From a virus: a stretch of DNA of 36,760 nt. Position numbers and translations under genes: made by a program. The notes beneath the pieces were generated by a model. It did no database searches. It was not told the DNA's origin and saw nothing but the letters and a program-made list of their open reading frames with translations. The stretch is from the IMG/VR virus record IMGVR_UViG_3300045988_135562, positions 1-36,760 of that record; one strand, 5' to 3'. Shown here in pieces: positions 23,470-32,025 of this stretch (the first letter of the stretch is position 1; every line of letters starts with the position of its first letter).

Positions 23470-23824
23470 GAGAAGGACGGTGTCCGAGTCGGGCACAAAC
23501 CCCCCGCCGCTGTGGGCGCAGCGGATCATTGCCGCGCATCTCGCGGTGACGGACGCGGTGAGTCACGGAGGGCGGCTGCAATCCGACCGCTACCTGGTGT
23601 GGCAGGAGGACGGGGCGAACGACTTTGAGGCCGAAGGTATCCACGCCGAGAAGGCCGTCAAGGGCAGCACCGACCTGTTTACCAAGCAGGAGTTTGACCC
23701 CTGGCGGGACGAGCTGGAGGCGGCTTTTGACGCGGCGGAGATCGTGTGGGTGCTGAACAGCTGCCAGTTCGAGGAGGAGACCGGCTTTTGGCACTACGAG
23801 TGGGACTGGGAGGTGTTTGCCTGA
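23462..23824 (+). CDS. Neck/head-tail joining protein (unassigned family)
   Basis: Called from gene order. It is overlap-coupled on both sides. Confidence 0.5.
   Translation: MSKRRTVSESGTNPPPLWAQRIIAAHLAVTDAVSHGGRLQSDRYLVWQEDGANDFEAEGIHAEKAVKGSTDLFTKQEFDPWRDELEAAFDAAEIVWVLNSCQFEEETGFWHYEWDWEVFA
23480..23496 (+). repeat. Hairpin family copy 5, inside the CDS at codons 7-12
   Basis: GTGTCC-GAGTC-GGGCAC. It encodes VSESGT in the same frame as copy 3. Confidence 0.85.
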
Positions 23825-24309
23825 TGGCTACGTTCGAGTTTGGCGGCATCAACAACTACATTACGCAGCTAAACAAGCTGCAAGCTGCCACCAAGGACGA
23901 CGTGATCGGCAAGACGGTCTATGCCGGTGCGGCAGTAGTTGCCGATGCAGTCAAGGACGCTATCCGGGCGCTGCCGGTGGGCAGCGGCCACGCGGCGCAG
24001 GGCGAGCTGGTGGACACGGTGACGCTGCCGCAGAAGGAAGGACTACTGGACGGCTTCGGCATTAGCCGGATGAAGGACGACGACGGCTTTGTCAACGTCA
24101 AGCTGGGCTTCGCCGGGTACAACGCGACCCGGACGGACAAGTATCCCCAGGGCCAGCCTAACGCCCTGATCGCCCGTGCCGTCAACAGCGGCACGACCTT
24201 TCGCAAAAAGACGCGGTTTGTGGACAAGGCGGTGAGCGCCAGCAAGAAGGCCGCTGAGACAGCAATGGACGCGGCGTGCAACCGCGAAATCGAAAAAATC
24301 ATGAAATAG
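23824..24309 (+). CDS. Tail completion protein (HK97 gp10-like)
   Basis: TGATG coupling to the upstream gene. N-terminus MATFEFGGINNYITQLNKLQ...VVADAVKDAIRALP. Confidence 0.6.
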   Translation: MATFEFGGINNYITQLNKLQAATKDDVIGKTVYAGAAVVADAVKDAIRALPVGSGHAAQGELVDTVTLPQKEGLLDGFGISRMKDDDGFVNVKLGFAGYNATRTDKYPQGQPNALIARAVNSGTTFRKKTRFVDKAVSASKKAAETAMDAACNREIEKIMK

Positions 24310-24320
24310 GAGGTGCTGCT

Positions 24321-24929
24321 ATGAGCGCAGCGGGAAAGGTCTGTACGGGCTTCAGCAAGCCCTACGTGGCCAAATACAACAACACCGGCGGCGTGGTGAG
24401 TTACAGCGGCGCGATGCTGCTGGCGCGGGGCGTGCGTGTGTCCCTGTCGCTGAACACTACGGACGACAATACGTTCTACGCCGACAACGTCGCCGCCGAG
24501 GTGGCTGCCGCCACGTTCTCGGACGGCACGGCCACCCTGACGGTGGACGGTCTGCTGGCGGCGGCGGAGAAGTTCATCTACGGTTTGCCGGAGGCGGCCA
24601 ACGTGGAGGTCGGCGGCAATCAGGTGGCCGTGTCCCACTACGGCGACGGCATGGACGTGCCCTATGTGGGCATTGGCTTCGTCGTGCGCTATCAGAGCGC
24701 CGGGGTCGTCACCTACGCGCCGGTGGTGCTGACCAAGGCCCGCTTCCAGCAGGCGGGACTGGACGCCGCCACGCAGGAGGAGTCCATCGACTGGCAGACC
24801 CAGGAACTGACCGCCAACCTGATGCGGGACGACACCAGCAATCACGACTGGAAGCTGGTGGCCGCCGACCAGTCCACCGAGGCGGAGGCCGAAGCGGTGC
24901 TGAAGGCGCTCCTGGGCGGCGCTGCGTAA
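24321..24929 (+). CDS. Major tail protein
   Basis: AGGAGGTG RBS. It sits immediately upstream of the chaperone pair. About 200 aa. Confidence 0.7.
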   Translation: MSAAGKVCTGFSKPYVAKYNNTGGVVSYSGAMLLARGVRVSLSLNTTDDNTFYADNVAAEVAAATFSDGTATLTVDGLLAAAEKFIYGLPEAANVEVGGNQVAVSHYGDGMDVPYVGIGFVVRYQSAGVVTYAPVVLTKARFQQAGLDAATQEESIDWQTQELTANLMRDDTSNHDWKLVAADQSTEAEAEAVLKALLGGAA

Positions 24930-24939
24930 GGAGGCAACC

Positions 24940-25308
24940 ATGCAGGTACACGGTAGGGAAGTAGGCTTCCGCTTCACGGTGGGCGCGTCCGCGAAGATCT
25001 CTGACCTGTGCCCGGACGGCGACATCAGCCGCCTGGGCGAGGTGCTGGAGGGGCAGTATGGCAAAGTGGCCAGGGACACGGCGGCGGTCGTCGCCGCATT
25101 GAGCGAGGGCTACGAGCAGGCGCAAGCCTACGAAGTGCCCGGCTACAAGCCTAGACCTCTCACGGTGGACGAGGTCATGACGCTGCGGATGGACGAGTTC
25201 GCCAAGCTGCAGCAGGCGGCGCTAGCCGCCTGGACGGAGGACAGCAAACCCACGGTGGAGGTCGAGCCCGAAAAAAAAGAGGGCGGCGAGGATCAGGCGT
25301 CCAGCTGA
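24940..25308 (+). CDS. Tail assembly chaperone (gpG-like)
   Basis: It lies between the major tail protein and the TMP genes. Acidic C-terminus. A slippery A8 run sits near its 3' end. Confidence 0.75.
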   Translation: MQVHGREVGFRFTVGASAKISDLCPDGDISRLGEVLEGQYGKVARDTAAVVAALSEGYEQAQAYEVPGYKPRPLTVDEVMTLRMDEFAKLQQAALAAWTEDSKPTVEVEPEKKEGGEDQASS

Positions 25309-25484
25309 ACCTTGCCTGGCTCCTGTTTTACGGGCGGAAGCTGAATATGAGGAGGCAGGAGATCATGTGCACGCGATACGGTGAAATGCTGGACATGATC
25401 GCCTGCCTTGCCATCTATCACGGGGCGAAACCCCGGAGGAAGGCAAAACACTGGACATTTGACGAAGCCATGAAGGTGAGGTGA
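24940..25484 (+). CDS. Tail assembly chaperone G-T fusion via programmed -1 frameshift at 25271-25278
   Basis: The -1 frame is open from the A8 run to the TGA at 25482-25484. It encodes ...KKRGRRGSGVQLNLAWLLFYGRKLNMRRQEIMCTRYGEMLDMIACLAIYHGAKP... and has no start or RBS of its own. Confidence 0.65.
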
Positions 25485-25488
25485 GGCT

Positions 25489-27642
25489 ATGGCTGTGAAT
25501 ATCGGGCCGAAGATCGGCGTGGACGGCGAGGCGGAGTACCGGCGGCAGATCAATCAGATCATCCAACAGTCCAAGACGCTGGAAAGCCAAATGAAGCTGG
25601 TGGCGTCGCAGTTTACCTCCGCCACCACCGCGGAGGAGAAGAACGCCAAGGCGGCGGCGGTGCTGACAAAGCAGATCGACACCCAGCGGGAGCGGGTGAA
25701 GCTGCTGGCGGAGCAGACCGGCAAGGCCGCCGCCAAGTACGGCGAGAGCAACGAGAAGACGCAGAAGTGGCAGCAGGCCCTGAACGAGGCCACAGCCACC
25801 CTGAACAAGATGCAGAGCGAGCTGCGGGACACCGCGTCGGAGCTGCAAGACATGGATGGCGAGATGGATGACGGCGCTAAGAAAGCGCTGTCCTTTGGGG
25901 ACGTGCTGAAGGCCAACCTGGCGTCTGATGTGATCATCTCCGGCGTCAAGGCTATGGCCTCCGCCATTAAGGAGGTCGGCGCGGCGCTGGTAGACCTGGG
26001 CAAGCAGTCTATAGAAGGGTATGCCCAATACGAGCAGTTAATCGGAGGCGTCCAGACACTTTTTAACGAAACGGATCTGTCGCTTGAAGACTATGCATCT
26101 TCCGTAGGGAAATCGACGAGCGAGGTTCAGGCCGAATGGTCACAGCTTACCGCGGGCGGACGTATGGTCGCAAACAATGCCGAAGAGGCTTTCCACACGG
26201 TTGGACTGAGCGCGAATGAGTATATGGAAACTGTGACCAGCTTCTCCGCGTCGCTGATCCAGTCGCTTGGCGGCGACACAAAGGCAGCGGCGGCAAAAGC
26301 CGACCTGGCAATCACAGATATGTCCGACAACGCCAACAAAATGGGCTCGGATATGCAGAGCATCCAAAACGCCTATCAGGGGTTTGCCAAACAGAACTAT
26401 ACCATGCTGGACAACCTGAAGCTGGGCTATGGCGGCACGAAGCAGGAGATGGAGCGGCTGCTGACCGATGCGGAGAAGATCTCCGGCATCAAGTACGACA
26501 TCTCCAGCTACGCCGACATCGTGGACGCGATCCACGTCGTACAGACGGAAATGGGCATCACCGGCACGACCGCCAAGGAGGCGGCGACGACCATCGAGGG
26601 CAGCGCGAAGTCCATGAAGGCTGCGTGGCAGAACTTCTTGACAGGCGTGTCCGTGGGCGACAACGACGGCATAGGCAACCTCGACGTGCTGGTCGGGAAC
26701 GTAGTTGACGGGGTAAAAACATTTGCAGATAACCTGATCCCCCGCTTGCAGATCATGCTGCCTCGCTTGGCCGAGGGCCTGACCCAGTTGGCCAACGGAC
26801 TCGCGCCCTATGTCGGCCCGGCTCTGGAGACGCTGCTGCCTCCACTGATGCAGGGTATCGGCGGACTGGTGTCCGGCATCGTGCAGGCACTGCCGATGAC
26901 GGTGGAGGTAGTATCAGGGGTCGTACCTATGTTGGTGGAGCAGTTGACCAGCCTTTTGCCGCAGGTCGTCAGCGCGGGCGGCGAGATCATCGTCTCCTTG
27001 GCTGCCGGCATAGGCGGAAGCCTGCCTGAATTGCTTCCTTCGGCGGTGGACGCTGTCATTGAGGTGGCCAGTGGACTGGTGGCCAATACGGATAAATTGG
27101 TCATAGCTGCCGGACAACTTATTGGCGGATTGGCTCAGGGACTGATCGAAGCAATCCCTCGCCTGGTCTATCGGCTGCCGGAAATCATATCTGCTATCGC
27201 TGCCGGACTGCTCAAAGGGCTGGCTTCTATCGGCATGGTCGGCCAGCAGCTGGTGGAAGGGCTGTGGAACGGCATCAAGAACGCCGGGCAGTGGCTCTAC
27301 GACAAGCTCTCCGGCTGGGTAAGCAACATCCTTGGCTGGATCAAGGGCTTCCTCGGCATCCATTCTCCCTCTAAGGTTTTCGCCGATGAAATCGGCAAAT
27401 TCATCCCGCCCGGCATCACGCTGGGCGTGGAACAGGCCATGCCCAGGGCCATGCGCGACATGGGCGAGGAGCTGTCCGCCCTGGCCACGCTGCCGCTGCC
27501 CAGCGGCGGCACGACCACCAACATGGGCGGCGTGGTCATCAACGTCTACGGCGCGGAGGGCCAGGATGTGAACGCCCTGGCCGACGTGGTGATGTACCGA
27601 TTGCAGAGCGCGGTGGAGCGGAAGGAGGCGGTGTTTGCGTGA
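25489..27642 (+). CDS. Tape measure protein
   Basis: 717 aa. Coiled-coil N-terminus, Gly/Ala-rich hydrophobic C-terminal half, canonical position. Confidence 0.9.
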   Translation: MAVNIGPKIGVDGEAEYRRQINQIIQQSKTLESQMKLVASQFTSATTAEEKNAKAAAVLTKQIDTQRERVKLLAEQTGKAAAKYGESNEKTQKWQQALNEATATLNKMQSELRDTASELQDMDGEMDDGAKKALSFGDVLKANLASDVIISGVKAMASAIKEVGAALVDLGKQSIEGYAQYEQLIGGVQTLFNETDLSLEDYASSVGKSTSEVQAEWSQLTAGGRMVANNAEEAFHTVGLSANEYMETVTSFSASLIQSLGGDTKAAAAKADLAITDMSDNANKMGSDMQSIQNAYQGFAKQNYTMLDNLKLGYGGTKQEMERLLTDAEKISGIKYDISSYADIVDAIHVVQTEMGITGTTAKEAATTIEGSAKSMKAAWQNFLTGVSVGDNDGIGNLDVLVGNVVDGVKTFADNLIPRLQIMLPRLAEGLTQLANGLAPYVGPALETLLPPLMQGIGGLVSGIVQALPMTVEVVSGVVPMLVEQLTSLLPQVVSAGGEIIVSLAAGIGGSLPELLPSAVDAVIEVASGLVANTDKLVIAAGQLIGGLAQGLIEAIPRLVYRLPEIISAIAAGLLKGLASIGMVGQQLVEGLWNGIKNAGQWLYDKLSGWVSNILGWIKGFLGIHSPSKVFADEIGKFIPPGITLGVEQAMPRAMRDMGEELSALATLPLPSGGTTTNMGGVVINVYGAEGQDVNALADVVMYRLQSAVERKEAVFA

Positions 27643-28349
27643 TTTTTTGGGCCGGAAGATCTTCCGATGATGTCCATGTCATCGTGGAGCGCTACCCCTC
27701 CGTGACGCTGGCCGCCCGGAAGATGGACGTACAGTCTGTCCCCGGACGCAACGGCGATCTGATTTTTCCGCAGGAAGCATTTGACAACTACGTTCAGCCC
27801 TACAATATCTACGTCAGCGCGGAGCGCATCCGCCTGCCTCGCGCTATGCGCGAGGTGGCCAACTGGCTCTGCGGGCCAAAGGGCTATCAGAAGCTGGAGG
27901 ACGACTACGACGTGGAGACGTACCGGCGGGCGTATTTCGCCGGGCCGCTGGACGTGGAGAGCGTACTGCACAAGTTCGGACGGGCGACCATTGAGTTTAA
28001 CTGCCAGCCGCAGCGGTTTCTGCGCGCCGGAGATCAGACGGTGGAGCTGTCGCAGGGCGAGACGTTGCTGAACCCCACAGCATTCACGGCGCTGCCGCTG
28101 ATCACCGTCACCGGCACAGGAGCAGGGACTCTGACGGTGGGTGGCCGGACTGTCACCATTAAGAGTCTGCCGGACGGCTATGTGATCCTGGACTGCGAGG
28201 CGCAGAACGCCTACGGCGCGGGCGGTGTCAACCGCAATGCGACCATCTCCGCGCCGGAGTTCCCGGCGCTGGAAGCGGGGGAGGCGGCGGTGAGCTGGAC
28301 GGGCAGCATCACCGGCGTGAGCGTCATCCCCAGGTGGTGGACGCTATGA
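27639..28349 (+). CDS. Distal tail protein (Dit)
   Basis: It follows the TMP gene. N-terminus VHVIVERYPSVTLAARKMDVQSVPGRNGDL is typical of the siphovirus tail-component family. Confidence 0.75.
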   Translation: MIFWAGRSSDDVHVIVERYPSVTLAARKMDVQSVPGRNGDLIFPQEAFDNYVQPYNIYVSAERIRLPRAMREVANWLCGPKGYQKLEDDYDVETYRRAYFAGPLDVESVLHKFGRATIEFNCQPQRFLRAGDQTVELSQGETLLNPTAFTALPLITVTGTGAGTLTVGGRTVTIKSLPDGYVILDCEAQNAYGAGGVNRNATISAPEFPALEAGEAAVSWTGSITGVSVIPRWWTL

Positions 28350-30226
28350 GGCCGATCTTGTATCCGCCCGAAGAGCGGGCGTTTGACAGCAACGGCCTGG
28401 GCGTGCTGTCCGATGCAGCGTCCTGCCAGGTGACAGAGGAGCGCAACGGCGGCTACGAGCTGACCATGCAGTACCCGGTGAGCGGCATCCACTACGCCGA
28501 CATCGCGGAGCGCTGTCTGATCCTGGCGCGACCGCGCCCGGAGGCTGACCCGCAGCCGTTCCGCGTCTATCGCATCACGCGCCCCATGGGCGGCCTGGTG
28601 ACGGTCTACGCCGAGCACATAAGTTACGACCTGTCCGGCGTGGTTATGCCGCCGTTCTCAGCCCAGGGGGCGCAGGGGGTGTTTGCAGCTATTGCCTCCG
28701 GCGCTATTCCGGCGGACAATGGCTTCAGCTACTGGACAGACCGGCCCGGCGCGACCGCCGTGTCCAGCTCCGTGCCCCTGTCCGTCCGCTCCTTGCTGGG
28801 CGGCGTGAGAGGCAGCATCCTGGACATCTACGGCGGCGAGTATGAGTTCGATCGCTTCACGGTGAGGCTGTGGACGCGCCGTGGCGCAGACCGTGGCGTG
28901 ACCATCCGCTACGGCAAGGATCTTACGTCCCTGGATCAGGACGCCAACTGCGCGGCGGTCTACACGGCGGTGTACCCGTACTGGACGGATGACGAGACCG
29001 CCGTGGAGCTGCCGGAGAAAACTGTGCCCGTTTCGGGCACGTTCGACTTCACCCGCATTCTGACGCTGGATCTGTCGTCTGCGTTTGAGGACGCCCCCAC
29101 CGCCGACCAGCTACGGACGGCGGCGGAGTACTACATCGCCGACAACAAGGTGGGCGTGCCGCGAGTGTCCATCACGCTGTCCTTTGCCCAGCTGGACGGC
29201 GAGAAGGTGGAACTGTGCGACACCGTGTCCGTAGTGTTTGCGGCCATGGGCGTCACCGCCACGGCGAAGGTGGTAAAGACCACCTTTGACGTGCTGCGGG
29301 ATCGATACAGCAGCGCGGAGGTGGGCGACGTCCGGCCCAGCGTGGCGGACACCATTGCCGGACAGGCCCAGGACATCAGCTCTCTGCCCACCACGGAGGC
29401 GCTGCAAAAGGCGATCCTAAACGCCACAGGCTGGATTACCGGCACGAACGGCGGCTACGTGATTTTTAAGCGCAACGACGCCGGGCAGGCCACGGAGCTG
29501 CTGATCATGGACGCGCCGGAGACGGCGGACGCCAAAAACGTGTGGCGCTGGAATTTAGGCGGCCTGGGCTTCTCCAGCAACGGCGTCAACGGCCCTTATG
29601 AGACGGCGATCACGCAGGACGGCTCGATCGTGGGGAAATTCGTGACCGCGGAGGGGCTGAATGTTTACGCGGCGAACATTGTCGGGAAGCTGACAGCGGC
29701 GCAGATCGACGCCGACAACCTCCAGGTCAGGGCGGCCAACGTCACCGGGCAGCTGGTAGCTAGTCAGATCGACGCCTCCAGCCTGCACGTGAACGCCGCT
29801 AACGTGGACGGCCAGCTCCAGGCCAGTCAGATCAACGCAGACAACCTACAGGTCAAGGCGGCAAACATTACCGGGCAGTTGGTAGCATCGCAGATCGATG
29901 CTACCAACCTCCAGGTGAACGGCGCAAACATCTACAACCTGAAGGTCACAAACGCGGAGATCGAGAACCTGTCGTGCTCCAAGCTGACCGGCTATATTCC
30001 TGCCGCCCGAATAAGCGATAAAAGCAATTTCCTGAGCAGCCTATATGTTACAGCGCTGGAGAGCAACGAACAGTATTGCAGTAAAATCAAGATTGGCACT
30101 ACTCTAAGCGGATATATCGCGTACATGGACACGTCCGGGCTACATGGCAAGGGTGGAAGCGCTACATGGGAACAAATAATCACAATGTGTAGCGGGTCTG
30201 GGCAGACCACAGCTGTATTCGGATAA
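28346..30226 (+). CDS. Tail-associated lysin/Tal-like minor structural protein
   Basis: N-terminus MRPILYPPEERAFDSNGLGVLSDAASCQVTEERNGGYELTMQYP is typical of the prophage-tail endopeptidase/minor structural N-terminal region. Confidence 0.75.
   Translation: MRPILYPPEERAFDSNGLGVLSDAASCQVTEERNGGYELTMQYPVSGIHYADIAERCLILARPRPEADPQPFRVYRITRPMGGLVTVYAEHISYDLSGVVMPPFSAQGAQGVFAAIASGAIPADNGFSYWTDRPGATAVSSSVPLSVRSLLGGVRGSILDIYGGEYEFDRFTVRLWTRRGADRGVTIRYGKDLTSLDQDANCAAVYTAVYPYWTDDETAVELPEKTVPVSGTFDFTRILTLDLSSAFEDAPTADQLRTAAEYYIADNKVGVPRVSITLSFAQLDGEKVELCDTVSVVFAAMGVTATAKVVKTTFDVLRDRYSSAEVGDVRPSVADTIAGQAQDISSLPTTEALQKAILNATGWITGTNGGYVIFKRNDAGQATELLIMDAPETADAKNVWRWNLGGLGFSSNGVNGPYETAITQDGSIVGKFVTAEGLNVYAANIVGKLTAAQIDADNLQVRAANVTGQLVASQIDASSLHVNAANVDGQLQASQINADNLQVKAANITGQLVASQIDATNLQVNGANIYNLKVTNAEIENLSCSKLTGYIPAARISDKSNFLSSLYVTALESNEQYCSKIKIGTTLSGYIAYMDTSGLHGKGGSATWEQIITMCSGSGQTTAVFG
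29669..29920 (+). repeat. Four tandem 63-nt (21-aa) repeats within Tal
   Basis: The units are AANIVGKLTAAQIDADNLQVR, AANVTGQLVASQIDASSLHVN, AANVDGQLQASQINADNLQVK and AANITGQLVASQIDATNLQVN, followed by a partial fifth unit. Confidence 0.9.
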
Positions 30227-30239
30227 GAGGCAAGATACT

Positions 30240-31679
30240 ATGGCATATATATCAGGGAAATACACATCTGCAACAAGCTATACCGTTACCTTAGATGGTA
30301 TGAAAATTGGTATGGTATATGCTATATTGGTACAAGATCTAAACACAGACGGAAGCAGTAATGGTTTTATTTGTAAGTGGAAAAGCGGTGCTACAAGTTC
30401 GACCAACACTGTGAAATACACCACTACAGCAGCTTATAGTCAATATGATCGAAGAATTGGCTTTTTCCAAGGGTCTTTTGAAACCAATGTAGGGACAACC
30501 GTTTCAGACGCAAATTTTGAAAAATGGGCCGACGGAAAGGGTGTCATCTCAGCTTGGAATGGTGGAGGTGGCGGTGGAGGTAGTACTACCTATACTATTG
30601 GAGTGAATGCTAATGGTGGCACTTATAGCGGACCTACTCCTACCGTTAGCAGCACCTATCCGTACCTAAGCCTGACAGCCATATCTAATAGTACGTCGCG
30701 CAATGGGTATAAATTGACGGGCTGGCTGTGGTCTGTAGATGGTACTATATACTCTACGACAGCAACGATCTCGGGTATCTCAAGCTCCGGTACACTTACT
30801 GCGCAGTGGGAAAGGACATCTGTCACCATTACTTTAGATGCAAAGGAAGGAGTATTTCAGGATACGCGCCAGCATATACGCAGTATCACAAACCAAACAC
30901 CCGGAGATGTATTTTATTTTAAAGACTATTCGAGCCTAGTAACAAGAGACGGGTATGAGGTGATCGGTTGGAGCGCATCTTCTAGCGTTACTACGCCAAC
31001 TTATGACAAAAACGGGTATGTCAGCATCGGGTATACAAATGCCACATACTACGCCGTTTGGCAAAAATCTGTCGCAACCATTACCCTATATGGTAATGGC
31101 GGTTTATGGGGTGGTAATTTACAAAAACGTACTCTGACCAAAAATGTCGGTGAGACTGTTTCGTTTGCAGAATATGGTCCGAACGGAACACCGCCACTAC
31201 AATATGCCTACCACACTCTAGCTGGCTGGGGAACCTCTGCCACGGGAACAGCCGCATGGGACCCAAACGGGTATGTCACAGTAGGTGCCACAGACGCAAA
31301 TTATTATGCGATCTGGAAAAACCATATTGATCCGTTTTATTGGGACGGCAGCAGCGGCAGCAGCGACGGCAGCATCATCGCCGTGGGCTTGCCGCTATCC
31401 AATCTGACAGCGTCCCGCTGGAATAGGCTCATGGCCACACTGGCAGAGCTGGCGGCGGGCAACGGCAGCTCTTTCATCTACTCGCCGGTCGCGGCAGGCA
31501 GCAGGATCACGGCGGCGGGGTTCAACGCCGTCCGGGCAGCCATCGCGTCTCAGCCGGGCCACGGTGCGACGCCCGGAGCGCGCAGCGCGGGAGACAGTAT
31601 CCTGGCCAGCTACTACAACGGCGTCGGATCATTAAAAAATGCGCTGAATAGCGCAATAATCTACTACAACAACCGATAA
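30240..31679 (+). CDS. Receptor-binding/tail fibre protein with InlB B-repeat (Listeria-Bacteroides repeat)-like modules
   Basis: Repeated pattern TITLDAKEGVF...GYEVIGWSASS...YYAVWQK and TITLYGNGGLWGG...HTLAGWGTS...YYAIWKN. The 5' ~1.1 kb is markedly AT-richer than the rest of the genome. Confidence 0.6.
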   Translation: MAYISGKYTSATSYTVTLDGMKIGMVYAILVQDLNTDGSSNGFICKWKSGATSSTNTVKYTTTAAYSQYDRRIGFFQGSFETNVGTTVSDANFEKWADGKGVISAWNGGGGGGGSTTYTIGVNANGGTYSGPTPTVSSTYPYLSLTAISNSTSRNGYKLTGWLWSVDGTIYSTTATISGISSSGTLTAQWERTSVTITLDAKEGVFQDTRQHIRSITNQTPGDVFYFKDYSSLVTRDGYEVIGWSASSSVTTPTYDKNGYVSIGYTNATYYAVWQKSVATITLYGNGGLWGGNLQKRTLTKNVGETVSFAEYGPNGTPPLQYAYHTLAGWGTSATGTAAWDPNGYVTVGATDANYYAIWKNHIDPFYWDGSSGSSDGSIIAVGLPLSNLTASRWNRLMATLAELAAGNGSSFIYSPVAAGSRITAAGFNAVRAAIASQPGHGATPGARSAGDSILASYYNGVGSLKNALNSAIIYYNNR

Positions 31680-31690
31680 GGAGGACGACC

Positions 31691-32011
31691 ATGAAGATCA
31701 TCTTTGACAAGGGCACAGAGACGCAGCGGGCGGTGGAGATCACCCACTTTGGCGAAGGCCTGAACCGTGGCGTACTGAACGCCGTGTGGACGGGCCGACT
31801 GGGCGAGGTGTCCGCCGTGCCGGCAGTCAAGCCGTTGGTGGACGCACCCGCGTTCGCAACCGTTGAGGTCGTGGACGGCGAGGGCGACGACACCTTCGCC
31901 GTGCCGGTGCAGGGCGACTACAACGTAATCCGGGACGCCAACGTCAACTACGTCGCATCTGAGCGGCTCTACTCTATGACGCTGGTGCTCGGCTACGACC
32001 AGGCGAAGTAA
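31691..32011 (+). CDS. Hypothetical tail-module protein (106 aa)
   Basis: AAGGAGGA RBS. It lies between two fibre genes. Confidence 0.55.
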   Translation: MKIIFDKGTETQRAVEITHFGEGLNRGVLNAVWTGRLGEVSAVPAVKPLVDAPAFATVEVVDGEGDDTFAVPVQGDYNVIRDANVNYVASERLYSMTLVLGYDQAK

Positions 32012-32025
32012 GGGGAGGGGTGACC

